Below, piece by piece: positions 34,687 through 48,042 of a stretch of 64,000 bases of DNA. A program made the translations under genes and the position numbers. The notes under the pieces were generated by a model. The model had not been told where the DNA came from. It saw nothing but the letters and a program-made list of their open reading frames with translations, and made no database searches. Position 1 is the stretch's first letter, and every line of letters starts with the position of its first letter. The stretch covers positions 498,364 to 562,363 of the forward strand of contig ML996696.1 of the NCBI GenBank assembly GCA_010356995.1, given 5' to 3'. Source of the stretch: Trichodelitschia bisporula. Lineage: Eukaryota.

Positions 34687-36711
34687 GTCGCGCCCGGGCC
34701 ACTGATGATGCGGGAGGCACAATGTCTGCTGCACACCAAACTGTCTCCTCCGCTCGGACCTCCCACACCAACTGCTTTAGAGTCCCTCCCACTTCTTTTT
34801 CCCCTCCCCCATCCCCTCTCCCTTGTCACCGTCACGTTAGTTCTAGTCCAAGGGTAGCTTAGCGCGCATCGTTTTGCACTCTCCCCATCAACATTTCAAT
34901 CGACTCTTCCCTTAAATACCGCGTCGTCCCATTTCCCCCTCCCTCTCGCATCTCCCTTCTTCTCTCCTCTCTCTCTCTCCTCTCCTCCCTTCTCTTTCCT
35001 TTCACCCTTGCGCTCGTGCCTGCTTGCTGGCTCATGATCGTCCCTTGGTCCCTTCCCAACCCCCCCCATCCTCCTGTCCATCGAGAAATCCTAAATGATG
35101 AAACCTTCACATGATCTTTGTGCCAACTGCCATCGCTCAGCCCCATGAGAGCCGCTGGCGCAGGGCGTGATCCGTGACCGTATCTTCCACGCTGGGTAAA
35201 TCCAAGCGGTCATTGGTCCAGATTGCCCATGTTGTCCTTCGAACGTTAATCACAACCGCCCGGCTGATCTTGATGCGTTGTTCCTCTCCAGGGCGCGTCG
35301 CGTGTGCAGAGACTTGGACCAAACATAACGTCCCGTGTACGGAGGTACTCAAGTCCGTCAATGACGAAGCGTGTTGCGTGCATGATGCACCGAGTGACCT
35401 GTCCATAAACATGATGAAATCGGAGGGAATCTGAGCCACAGCTTTTCTCGTGCCTCTCCTCCATACTGAGCCCTGAGCAACCCTGCACTGCTTTCCTTTT
35501 GTTGATGCTCTTCCAGATAGGGTAAATCCACATCTGTATCATGATATCAATTGGCCCCCGTATCATTGCGTCGTAGACCGAGGTACGCGTCGTTGCGCGT
35601 GAAGTGTTCATGACTGTAAACAATGCGGAGAACAATGATGAGTCTACAGTAAAGAACATGACTGGCTGAACCTTCTGAGAGTACGAGCACTGACAAGGCT
35701 TGATGCCCGACAGGGTCCAAGGGGTCTCGCGGCCTTGCAGGGCCACGCCAGGTGTCAGCGCGCTCTTCCGTCGCCAGGCATCGTCGCCAGGCAAGGCATT
35801 GCACTGTCCAACGTGAACCAGCTACACAGTGTAGACTGCGGAGTAGTAGTCACAGCCCCTTAGAACTTTGGGAAGGCATCGAAGCGAAAGTCCAAGTTTC
35901 TCGCGCAGCACAGAGCATCGTGAGTCATTTCACACTGCCTGGTGCAGCTTAACTGCTCGACTCTCAGCCGAGTCAGGTGACAACGATGGCCGCAGATATG
36001 ATGAGGCAAGCTTGAGGCCCCGCATGAAGCCCCGCTCCAAGTCTTCCATAGCGATGACTCCACACTCCCTGACGTAACGTACTGTATGAATACTTCGCCG
36101 ATTTGCCAGGCGTTGGTTTGAGCGCGTACCGGTACCGTAGTACACGAAAGCTTATCGATTGAGTGTTTCGGCCTTGATGCCTCACCGCCTCTCTGGAGTA
36201 CGGTAGTCTAGACGGCTCACATGCTCGGACAACGTGAGGACGGCACGGATGGGTCTCTGCCAACTGGCCGGCGCACCCGTCAATAACTTTATCCCAAACG
36301 CAAGGCACACACATTTCCACTGTCGCACGTGACGGTAACCTGTATGGGTGAAGTCCGGACGGCGAGGTTGGCTTCCTTGGTAGAGAACGGCACGTTTGAA
36401 GAATATTAAGCTTCAATACGACAGCGTCGACTTCACGGATAGGTTTATTATATGAAATCAGCCTACGAGAGCAGAGAGCACAGCGGGAGGCATTGAACGG
36501 TCAGAGTACCACAGCATTTGAACCTCAAAACAGAACAACTTCTGGGCCTAGCGGATGACCGACCCCTAAGCTCAATCATAAACGCCGATAATTTTCCACG
36601 CCTAGAGGAAATATTGATACAGCTGACGAAGACACGACAGGTGGGGATCGGGAAGAGGTGAGGCACCCAATTTATGAGAGATTTTGGGTCCCTGTGCGGC
36701 GCTTCCACCTG

Positions 36712-38393
36712 CTACTTGCATCTCTTCTCGACAATGTTGGCGCCGTGTTCTTCATACTCCTTCTTCGAGATCCACATCTGCAGCCTTGTGAGCACTATTC
36801 ATAGAGAAATATAATCCCTTCAGACTTGCTTACCTGGTGAAAGGTTCCCAGGCTGCCCAAGATGCTACCACCTATCCAGCTCGCATATTTGCGCTCGACC
36901 GTATTTCCAGATGCGTAGATGCGAACACGGGGACCGGCATACATGGCGACAAGCTCTTGTTCAAGACGCTTCACGAAGTACTGGGTCAAGGAACCAGCGC
37001 CGACCACGACAACATTATTCATCAGAAGTGGGCGGACTTCCGTGTCGCAAGAACCGAGAGCCGACTTAATCAGGTTCGGGATTGTATGTTCAGGCTGTGG
37101 TCGCGGGTGATCAGAGTCCTGCACAATGTCAGTTGGGAAAAACACTCAGGTTCCGTGGGCGGTACCACAAGGGCAGCTTTCTCATCAAAAAGACCCTCTG
37201 CCGGCCGAACCGAATCCAGAGTAAAGTCTTGATTCCATCCGTCCGGCATCTCAAAGATGCGCTTGGACTTGTCCTTGAAAAAATCCTCGCTCAGGCTGAG
37301 AGGCACCCCGTTGCTCAGCCTTCCGGATTCACCCCACAGCTGCACTACCGACTCCTTGAACTCTGTGAGGACTCGCTCCTCCTCCCACCGGCGAAAGCTC
37401 TCCGTCGGCGGCTTCGCAAACTTGCGATAGACGGCTTGCGAAGGTTGACCGACTTCTACAGGGGCCTTGGAGAGAACCATGTAATGGGGTGTGAGGGAGA
37501 CGGGGGTTTGCGAAGAGGCAAACATGAGCCGAATCTGCTGTGAGACGAAGTTGCCAGCTAATGGCGATACTCTCACACCTGTTTCTTCGCATTAGCCATC
37601 AGGCCCAGATGCGGGGCAGCCCAAACTGACCCTTCTTTAACAGCATGCCATCTATGACGGGTGTGACAGTAGTCGTAGAAGCCCCTACATCGACGACAAG
37701 CGCGTTAGACTTGCCAGCGGAGAACCTAGAAAAGCATCAGTACTCCAATCTACGCCACGTCCCCGATGGTCGCACCTACGCTGCCAAAACGCCAGATCGT
37801 CCAAGCCAAAAGGCAGGTACGCCCCAGCCCTCTATCGCGGTTTCAATGGCCCGCTCCCGCGTCTTGGACGAAGTTCTCGAAGGCTCCGTCATGAGGAGAG
37901 GGTTGTCCTCTAGAGCCTTTTCCGCGTCATCCATAGCATCCACATCGACGTCCATCGCATCGTCATTAGGATCGTTGAGCCCATTATTTTTCGGGTCGGT
38001 TGAGCGTCTACCGGCCAGGCGTGAAGTGATGGAGTATTCCCAGAGCTTCGATGCGGTCTCCCAGTCCTCCACCCAGTCTTCGGAGCAATCGCTGAGTAAA
38101 GGGTTGCGAATCTCAAGGCTGGGGACGGGATTGTGCAGGGAGTTTTCGCCGAAGAGCAGCTCAACTTCATTCTCGGACTTGTTGAGCACGCCGTAGTAGG
38201 TCGGCACAACTGATTTGGGAACATCTTCACCGGCGAAGCCGGCGCGTGTGGTAGAATAGCCCGGATCAAGAACTATGGCAGACACTTCATCTGTGAAGGT
38301 GGTTTAGCATAATACGTCAATATAGGGAAAGCCATACATACCACCACCATATTCGGTTGCGTTTGGCACGGTGAACTGATTTGGGGTGGACAT
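36712..38393 (-). CDS. ARP4: Nuclear actin-related protein 4 (NuA4/INO80/SWR1)
   Basis: [67 protein letters not shown], ends VEKRCK*. Confidence 0.95.
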
Positions 38394-38771
38394 GACGGCT
38401 CGAGGGTGCGAAGCTACTGCGAAAAGTACTCCGCTGGGCGCACTCTGAGGGATAAGCGGTGGGGCTTTATGGCAGTCGAATTGCGTGCAATCGAGTCGCG
38501 TCGTGCGGTGGAGGGTACGTAGCTGGTAGAGTCCAGTCGCGAGCTTCGCATGCGGTTGTGTTCGCCAAGGCGCTAGGTCATATCGGGAACCTCCTGGACC
38601 ACGACTCTGCACGACCACTTGCTATGCCACTTGGCCACGCGTGCTGCAACAGCTTGAGGCTGTACTTTGCGCATCGTACAGTATCTAACTAGCTCAAGTG
38701 CACTGAAGCTCCAGAGTCGCAAACCTGAAGGAGTCTGTCTTTTGACATGTTGCCAGTGTAGCACGTCAGTC

Positions 38772-40843
38772 ATGGGGTTTCTCGATTTTTTTTGTAAACT
38801 CTATTCTCTCGACACGTTAGATACCCGCTTCACCACTTCGTCGACTACCCCCCCAAGACCAACCGAACATGAACTGGTCGTTGACCCGAATAGAGCAAGC
38901 CTGGGAGAAACTGAATCTTCTAGCAGTACCAATGCAGCCTCTCAACGGTCAGGCAGTTCGCCGCAGCGGTCATTATGGGGCACGCCCGAATTTTGCCTTT
39001 ACTACCTAGTGCTCGCGTTTGCCATCCCGATGATGTTCAAGGTGTCGTTCGATGTCTCAAAATGTACTATAGACATTTCCATCGTATCGCAGACCATGCT
39101 AATAAGGCAATAGCTTCACATCCTAGTTATGCCTCGTACTCACATCTCCTGTCGGATGGCTGGATACCTGGCCGCAAAGTGGTATGTCACATTCACCGCG
39201 TCTAAACCTTCTAACGGGCATAGGACAACTCGGATGGACAGTACTCTTCCTTTAGGGACAATATCCCTTACCTGGCCATTCTACTTGTTGCGCACCCTCT
39301 CCTACGGGGGATGTATGATGGGTTTTGGCGCACCGGGACGTACACTAACGTTCCATCCTCGACGAAGCGGTCAGACCTTACGTATGGTCTCTCGGCAGCC
39401 GCCGCTGCCGATACGAGACTTGAGCAACGCATTTCATTTGACTACTACTTCGCCTTCATCTTCCTTGTTGCCCTTCATGGGACCTCCGCCATCAAGGTCA
39501 TCATGATACTCTATGTCAACTACAAGATTGCGAAGAGTATCCCGAAGTCGTACATTCCTGCTGCCACTTGGATCTTCGACATTGGCATTCTGTTCGCGAA
39601 CGAGCTTTATCGTGGATACCCCTTTGCTGGTATGCTTCGCCAGATTTTGTCGAATCCAGCCTCTGGCCAGTCCATGCTGGTGAACTGGGGCGTGTGGTTA
39701 GATAATCATGGCGGCTTGATTCCTCGATGGGAAGTACTGTTCAATCTAACGATTCTTCGCCTCATCAGCTTCAACATGGACTACTATTGGAGTCTGAATC
39801 TACGCGGTGGAAGTCCTGTCGAGGTAATATCTCCTTTCACTGAAGATCTCGATGAGTAGGCTGACGCACCAAAGAAGAAGCAGCTAGATCCTGCCAATCT
39901 GTCGGAGCGGGATCGTGTGTCGACCTCAGCGAGAGCAGTTGACTACTCCTTCCGCAACTACATCGCTTATACGCTGTATTCGCCGTTGTACCTCGCCGGG
40001 CCAATAATCACTTTCAACGATTACATCTCTCAGCTGCGGTACAAGACGCCTAGCCTCACACGAGAACGGACGGTCTTGTATGCCATTCGGTTTGCCATAA
40101 CTCTGCTTATGATGGAACTGGTTCTTCACTTCATCTATGTTGTGGCCATTTTCAAGGAGCAACCGAACTGGAACCTTTACACCCCCTTCCAACTCAGCAT
40201 GCTCGGTTACTTCAATCTGCACATCATCTGGCTGAAGCTCCTCATCCCGTGGCGCTTTTTCCGCCTATGGGCACTGATCGACGGAGTCGACCCCCCGGAG
40301 AACATGGTCCGCTGCATGAGTAACAATTACTCGGCGCTTGCCTTCTGGCGCGGTTGGCACCGGAGTTACAATCGATGGATTGTCCGTTATGTCTACGCAC
40401 CTCTCGGTGGGAGCACCACACCTGGTCTATGGGGAAGGGTCAGAAACATCGGCAACTTCTTGATTGTCTTCACTTTTGTCGCTCTCTGGCACGACATCAA
40501 TCTTCGCCTGCTAATGTGGGGCTGGCTTATTACGCTATTTGTGTTGCCCGAAATCATCGCATCGTTCGCGTTTCCCGCCAGGAAGTGGAGAGATCGGCCA
40601 AATGCCTACCGCGTGATATGCGGTATTGGTGCTGTGGCTAATATTCTTATGATGATGATTGCAAACCTTGTTGGTTTTGCAATCGGCGTGGATGGCCTGA
40701 AAGGCCTTCTTCACGGCATCCTTGGAAGCTCTTCCGGTCTCCTTTTCTTCACAACCGCATGTGGTGCTTTATTTGTTGGGGCTCAAGTTATGTTTGAGGT
40801 CAGAGAGACGGAGAAACGAGATGGAGTCCGTTTGAAATGCTGA
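38772..40843 (+). CDS. GUP1: MBOAT-family O-acyltransferase, Gup1-like
   Basis: [74 protein letters not shown]. Three introns. Confidence 0.93.
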
Positions 40844-41573
40844 GCTAGGTGGGAGTATCCCTGCATCTTGTAACATGCCTGTAGACTAATAGCATTTGCT
40901 TTTGTCCCGGATATCATGTTAGCAACCCGACTATCCATCATGTAAGCAGTCCAAGATGAGCAAAGGCACAAGGCTGGTGATCGGGGCAACGTCCACAAGC
41001 CGGAAGAAGAACTGCGTACCGGAGTCACCATGCGGCGCGGGAGTTCTCATGCAGCCGTAATTTTAAGCACTGCATCCGTATGCGACCTACGGTAGATGCT
41101 TTGCGCGCGAAAGCTTGTTTCGGCGTTCCTAAACAAGCATCCCAGAGGCAGACCACAAGGGCATAGGGAATCGACTCAACGATTGGATGTGGTGACGTTA
41201 AAGCCATGAAGTGCAGGGCATCATGTCTCGTCCTTGCGGCCATCGTCCAACATTCTCCGCTTTTTCGCAGCTAGGGCACACAAAGGCCCAATTAACCGCA
41301 TACTTCAGTTGCAATCAGCTATAAAGCCGTCAACATTGAAATGAATCATCTGCTCACTTGGCCGGGACAATTGGCTCCGAAAGCTAGCGGTTAATGCACT
41401 GGCCAGCTTCCAGATGACATTTACTTTGGGAAGCCGTTCAGCGATTCGAGCTAACCGCATAGTGCGGGGAGTTTTGCATATTTGCTCGCATTCCGCAGGA
41501 AGCTTTAATATGGGCGAGCTCCCTTTCTTCGTCTCGTTGCCCTTTGCTCGTCTAAACTGGAGCCACCGGCAAG

Positions 41574-44212
41574 ATGTGCGGTCGGTTGCTGCTTTTGAAC
41601 TCCCTCTACCTCGCAGTTGAGGCATCCTATCTCACCAACCCGATCAATTCAACAGGGGGTTATCGATATGTTGATCCTCTTATTGGGACTGCTGCTGGCG
41701 GTACAATGCAGCATCCATACGTTGTCAAGTGCTGATCGGAATAGGGCATGTGTTCCCCGGCGCCACACTCCCGTTCGGCATGGCGAAGGCGGTAGCAGAC
41801 GTCTTTGGTGACAATCAGGGAGGGTACGCAACCGATGGTGGTGGGGTGTTCGGGTTTTCTCACATGCATGATTCAGGTCAGCTTTCAGAGTCCAGTGCTC
41901 TTCCACTTAGCAAAGCTAATAACTTCCAGGGACTGGTGGGGTAAGCAATTGGTCCATCTCCAAATCAGTCCGTGGTTATCCGTATGGGACTGGAAGCCTT
42001 TCGCTCAGCCTACCATGCCACATCTGACACCTGCGGCAGTCTCCTTCACTGGGCAACTTTCCGATATTCCCTCATGCTGGCTGTCCCGAGGACAATATCA
42101 ACAACTGTCCGCTGCGAAAAGAAGACCGGGTCGCTGCTGTAGAGCAAGGGACCGTTCAGGCGCGTCCGGGGTATTTCGCCCTCAACATCTCGAATGGGGT
42201 GTTTTCAGAGATAACTGTGTCCAATCGGACGGCATTGTATCGCTTCACGTACCCGGAGGTTCCTCCTCTGGGCGGTCCGCTTAGTCCATTCTTCGTGATA
42301 GAGCTTGCAGATTTGCCCACCACTCGACTTGACGGAGCAATCACTGTTGATGGCACCACCGGAAGGGTCACGGGAAACGGGACGTTCAAACCGAGCTTCG
42401 GTATCGGCACCTATACTCTGCATTTCTGCGCAGACTTTTCTGGGGCTCCGATTCGAGACAATGGTGTTTGGATGAACAACCGGGCTGGGAGCAAACCCAA
42501 GACCATGAAAGTTGTGACGGATGGCGTAAATGGGAACAATTCGCCGCCGCTGTCCGCAGGAGCTTGGGTTAGGCTTAAGGCGCCCACAGGGAAGAGGCAG
42601 GTGGTTGTGCGGGTCGGCATGAGTTTCATGAGCACCCAACAGGCGTGCCAAAACGCGGAGCGCGAGATTCCCGCCTTCAGCTTCGACAAGACGCTTAGCA
42701 TTGCCGAAGATACATGGAAGGACAAGCTGAGTGTTGTGGAAATCAAGTCCGGCGGAGTTGAAACTGGGCTCCTTAGGACCCTCTGGAGTGGAATCTACAG
42801 GAGCATGATCAGCCCACAGGATTACACAGGAGAAAATCCACTGTGGAAGAGCAATGAGCCATACTATGACTCCTACTACTGCATCTGGGATTCTTTCAGA
42901 AGCATCCATCAGCTCATCACACTTCTCGACCCGCACTCGCAAACTCTCATGGTGCGGAGCTTGATTGACATTTACCGCCACGAGGGAAAGTTACCAGACT
43001 GCCGAATGTCATTATGCAAAGGCTTCACGCAAGGCGGATCGAACGCTGACACGCTGCTCGTGGACTCCTGGCTGAAGAACATTTCCGCGGAAGTCGATTG
43101 GGAAACTGCCTACAAGGCCATGATCTCGGATGCGGAAGAGGAGCCTCTGAATTGGGCTGTTGAAGGTCGCGGGGGCTTAGAAAGCTGGAAGACTCTGGGT
43201 TACATTCCGCAGGACGACTTCGATCCTTACGGCGCCGGGCCCTTTACTCGCAGCGTGTCCCGAACCGTGGAGTATGCGTACAACGACTTCAACATTGCGA
43301 CCATGGCCAAAATGACAGGCCGACTTGCAGATTACGAAAAGTACATCAAGCGCTCACACAACTGGAAGAACCTGTTCAAGCAAGACCAAACCTCTACGCT
43401 GCGGGATATAAATACTAATTTCACCGGCTTCTTGCAGCCTCGTTATGATAATGGTACTTGGGCATATCAGGACCCATCTGTCTGCTCGTTGGAGAATGAC
43501 TTTGACGGCTGTTATTTGAACCCTACAGGCAAAGAGACGTATGAAGGAAGCCCATGGCTCTACACTCTCTTCGTTCCTGGTATGTATATCGGAAAGTGCA
43601 GTATAGTAGGCTAACAGCCCAGGCGATATGGCTGCACTGATCCAAACCTTGGGCGGACCCGCTTCTTTTGTTGATCGCCTGGACTATTATCACAACACGC
43701 AGCTCGCTTACATTGGCGACGAGCAAGCCTTCCTCATGGTTTTCCTCTACCACTACGCAGGTCGACCAGGGCTCTCCTCAAAGCGGGCGCACTACTACAT
43801 CCCACGGAAGTTTTTCGATAAGCCAGAGGGCTTGCCTGGTAATGACGACAGTGGTGCTATGGGAAGCTTCGCTGCTTTGACTATGCTGGGGATTTTCCCG
43901 AATGCTGGGCAAAATGTTTATTTCATCACGCCGCCGTTCTTCGAGGAGGTCAGTATCATAAGCAGAGTGACCGGAAAGAAGGCCACGATACGAAACATCA
44001 ACTTTGACGCAGCGTATAAGAACATCTACGTCCAGGCAGCGACATTGGACAGGCGACCGTACACGAAGAGCTGGATAGACCACACTTTCTTTTTGAGAGG
44101 AGGCTTACTGGAGCTGACGCTGGGTGCGAACGAGAGCAGATGGGGGACGCAACCTGCAGACTTGCCTCCTAGTTTGTCTACATCAGGTTTCGCAGATAGG
44201 ACTGTAATTTGA
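41574..44212 (+). CDS. Secreted glycoside hydrolase family 92 (alpha-1,2-mannosidase-like)
   Basis: Signal-peptide-like MCGRLLLLNSLYLAVEA, YVDPLIGT, GHVFPGATLPFGM, HMHDSGTGG, WDSFRS, TQGGSNAD, SRTVEYAYNDF, GLPGNDDSGAMGS. Confidence 0.93.
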
Positions 44213-45701
44213 GGTCAAGGGCAAGGAGCCGATGCTCATGCATCCCGTGCTTCCCCGTCCACAGGTTCTGTGAAGTGATGACCGTGGGAACGAGCGAATG
44301 GTGAAAAATTGGCGCCAATTCCTGTAGCCTGACTTCTTGGGGTTCGTAGAAAGCCGACTGAGCAAAAGCATACCACATCCCAGTTGGGTGGTGGCATTCT
44401 TGCCGGGGCTTTGCGGAGTTTTGATTGTTGGTTATATTTAATGTTTCTGCATTTCCCATCGGCGTGCGACGACCTCACTGGATTAACTCCTTGCCTTTTA
44501 CCAGAAGTTACCGTGGGCCGCGCACAACACGCCATTCATCAATCTTTGGAAACACCTTTGGGGTTCAACCCCGGAAATCAACTTTTGATTTTGCTTTTTT
44601 AGTTCCAATGTGGAACATGACTATGAAGCTCCAGTATGCCTTTGTGCTATTTAGAAGCCGTTTTGGGGCTTTGGCAGCGATGAATCGATTGCATTTTGGG
44701 ACGGGACTCATCTGCCTGGAAGCAGGCAGCGACCAGGGGTCACACGAAAAGGTCATGACCCCCCCGTGCACGAAATCACCTATGCAGGGCGGCCATGACT
44801 TTTTCACATGGCTCTTAGACCTCGGGATGAAGGATCCAGGTGCTGAGTCATTGGCTAAGAGTCACTGCCAAGGCACCCAGCACACCCTGACATGGCCCGT
44901 GCGTTGCACGCTGACTGGGTATAAAACGAGCGTCTCCCCTCGAACCTTTTCCAACTCCATCCAAGTGCTCGGGCTTTACGCGTGGCAGTGAAGATTCGTC
45001 TGAGCCCGTGTTATTGCTAGTTGAAAACTACATTCCTGACCTCTCCAGTTGGTCTTCGGATCGGCTGGGAATTTTTGTCACCAGTTGCTTTTATGCTTCA
45101 CCTTTTCATTGACGCTTTTCGCTACATGCGGGAGCTTGAAGAAGTTGGTGATGTGTCCCCTCATTTCGTGACGAACCATTTGCGTTGCTTTTGACGCGCA
45201 GCACGAAGGGGACAGCACAACACACCAGCTTGTCCGCCCCAGAGCTTTGATAAGCATTTATGCGACGCAGACACGATATATTCCTCAGTGACAGCTTGCG
45301 TCAAGTCTTGACGGAGACGCCAACGCCCCTTCACCACGATATCTCTTACTAAGACTCCGGTGCGCGATATTCGGTGCTCACTAATCCCCTTTCTTCCCTG
45401 ATTGCCTGGTCATAGTTGAATCGTATGCTGAACCGCCTTTGCTTCTAGGAACCGGTCGTCGCCGTCCGAAGCCGCCCACCTCACTACCTTTGAGTTCATC
45501 GAGATACGACGCATGATTGTCCCTGGACTAGTTTCCGCGATAGCCCTTGAAGTTTTTGCCGGTAGCATGCCTTCGCTGTGGACGGCGTTCGGAATATTTT
45601 GATGGTTAGAAATTGCATTGATCGAGGCTTTCGTTCTGGTCATCGTTACTGGCAGGAGGCTATGTGAAGCCAGTGCCTCTGTGATTTTGAGGGATCATAA
45701 T

Positions 45702-46728
45702 CTACTGACGAGGCGCAGAGCGGTCCTTCTTCTCCCAGTCCTCATCTCCACCTAGATACCGAAAGACAACCCTCGAGTCCAGGTCCTTGCAGCGCGGATC
45801 GTTCATGGTTTCCGTGTAGACCTCCAATCCCTTCTCGCCCAGAGCAAGCTCGGCCCCCACCCGGTTAGCCGTGTCGACGGCTAGAGCAAAATCTTTCCGC
45901 ATCAACTGAACCTTAAATCCGCCCTTGTACCCTTTGCTCGCCGGAGCTTCTGGACATAATCCGGGAACAGGACACCAGTCGTCGCAGATAGCACTCTGCG
46001 CAGTGCTAGAATGGAACACACTAGCGAGGACGTGAGGGTCCATTCCGGACTTCATGCCGATGTTCATAGCTTCCGAGACCGCAATTGCAATGAGCCCTGA
46101 ACAATAATTGTTGCACAGCTTGGCTGTCAGGCCTAGTGAAGGCCCTCCACACGCTATCAGATGGCGTCCCATTTTCCCCAGTAGGTCTTTCAGAAGAGGA
46201 AGGCTGGGATCGTCTTCGGCACAGCCCATCATGAAGGTGAGCGTTGCCCGCTCGGCTCCCAGGACGCCTCCCGAAACCGGAGTGTCGAAGAAGCGCGTTG
46301 AAGGGGACTGCTGGATCACTGCCTCTCGCACGGCAAGCGATGTCGCAGTGTCGATGGTTGAGCAGTCACATAACAACGCGGCGCCGGGACGCGCTGCTAA
46401 AATGCCCGTCTCTGGCGTCAGATATACAGCTCGTACATGAGCCCCTTCGGGGACCATGGTGAAGATGATATCCTGAGGAACTTCAGCTCTCATCATTGGG
46501 CTTGAGAGACCTCTCCACACGAACCGACTTCTCTGCGACATCGCGCGGATTCTGGCATTGGTGTGTTCTGGCTGGCAGCTCTGCGCAAAGCTTTTCAACT
46601 GGTTCGCTTGCCACATCGTACAGGTAGAACTGGCAATGGTCGTCCGTCTTTTGTATAAGATTTCGGAGCATAGGTACTCCCATAAGGCCGAGGCCGATGA
46701 AGCCAATATGATTGTTGTCGAATGCCAT
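45702..46728 (-). CDS. Beta-hydroxyacid dehydrogenase (3-hydroxyisobutyrate dehydrogenase family)
   Basis: IGFIGLGLMG Rossmann motif, DCSTID, DTPVSGG, AKLCNN catalytic Lys, GGFKVQLMRKD. One intron near 46474-46525. Confidence 0.9.
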
Positions 46729-47103
46729 TGGCCTGATGTTCCCCAAAGTTGCGCCTTGCAGTAAATACAGTCTTACATCCAAGCGCTATCAGCGCATATA
46801 TGGTATCAGTAACCTACCCTCTTGCCAGTCTCTTTGCTTATTCCCGGCATCTCGAGCCCCGCCGGATGCTTTACCCCGCGTGTTCGCTTTCCAAGGCCCC
46901 ATACCCCGCTGCCCCCGCACCAAGTTCCGAAATCGGGGGCACTCCTAACGTTACGCCATGCTGCGGAGTTCGGAGGTAAGCTGCTACATAAATCAGTGCT
47001 GATACCGCAATTTCAAGTTACAATTCTCAATCGCGCTTTCAAAGACGACCCTTCCTCTCAATCACCAATATCAACACATCGGCTCGCTGCTACACTATCA
47101 GCC

Positions 47104-47541
47104 ATGTCCTCCTCAACCCCACAAGACGATCTTGCGGCCGCTCACAAGCTCCTCTTCGACTCGGGCCTGGAGACGCGCATATCAGTGGCGGGCAAGGAAT
47201 ATGTGGAGCGGGCCTTGGCCAATGGGTCGAGCGACTTCTCACGGCCGATGCAAGAGTATGTCACGGAGGCATGCTGGGGCAATATCTGGTCGCGGCCCGG
47301 GCTGGAGCGCAAGCAGCGCAGCTTGCTTAACATTGCCATGCTGTGTGCCCTGAACCGCGGGCCCGAACTTGCGGTCCATGTGCGGGGTGCTGTCAACAAT
47401 GGCGCGAGCGAGATCGAGATTCGTGAGACGCTGTTGCAGGTTGCTTGCTACTGCGGGATGCCTGCCGGGATTGAGGGGTTTAAGGTTGCAGAGAAGGTGC
47501 TGAAAGAGATGAAGGAGGAAGAGAACAAGAAATCGACGTGA
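47104..47541 (+). CDS. Carboxymuconolactone decarboxylase (PcaC/AhpD-like) family protein
   Basis: Intronless. WGNIWSRPGLERKQRSL, ELAVHVRGAVNNG, EIRETLLQVACYCGMPAG match the CMD family pattern. Confidence 0.88.
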   Translation: MSSSTPQDDLAAAHKLLFDSGLETRISVAGKEYVERALANGSSDFSRPMQEYVTEACWGNIWSRPGLERKQRSLLNIAMLCALNRGPELAVHVRGAVNNGASEIEIRETLLQVACYCGMPAGIEGFKVAEKVLKEMKEEENKKST

Positions 47542-48042
47542 GATCGGGTGTACACGGCAACCATAAACATCAAGGAGCCTCAGAAGGTGGAATGCTAGAA
47601 GATGTGAACATTGATGTAACAGGATTGGTCTTCGCCAGATCACATCAACTCATCTCTGAGACACTTACATCCCAAGGCACCAAGCCTGCTATGCCGTCCA
47701 ATATCCCATATCCATATTCTGACAACCATACAGCCGACCACATATGCGATGTCAGTGAAGAAGGCCATATCCACAAGATTAAGGAAATCACGACACGCAG
47801 GAGAGATATGAGAAATATGAAAATGCCCCTAGCCCAAACGCCACAACCTTATGTTCCCATGTGCACCAGAAGTATCCTTCCCTATGCCCAAACGCTGATA
47901 ATGCTGCTAGTAAAGAAGCTGTAAAGAGTAAGATCGTGACAAGCATGGAGAAAAAGACCCGCATATCTAATCCCAAGATGCAATATGCAGATGGAAATGA
48001 AGCACCGACCAAAGAGCGCCGATGGGGACAAAGAAAATCCAC

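Noticed and set aside
35635..35693. ATGATGA...CTGA resembling a C/D box snoRNA
   Set aside because: Short, no terminal stem, and no recognisable rRNA guide.
41617..41811. Apparent signal peptide MLILLLGLLLAVQC
   Set aside because: Wrong frame; the overlapping frame encodes the conserved GH92 YVDPLIGT motif.
45410..45700. Hydrophobic reading-frame fragments next to the dehydrogenase 3-prime end
   Set aside because: Interrupted by stops, no start or family motif; probably UTR or intergenic.
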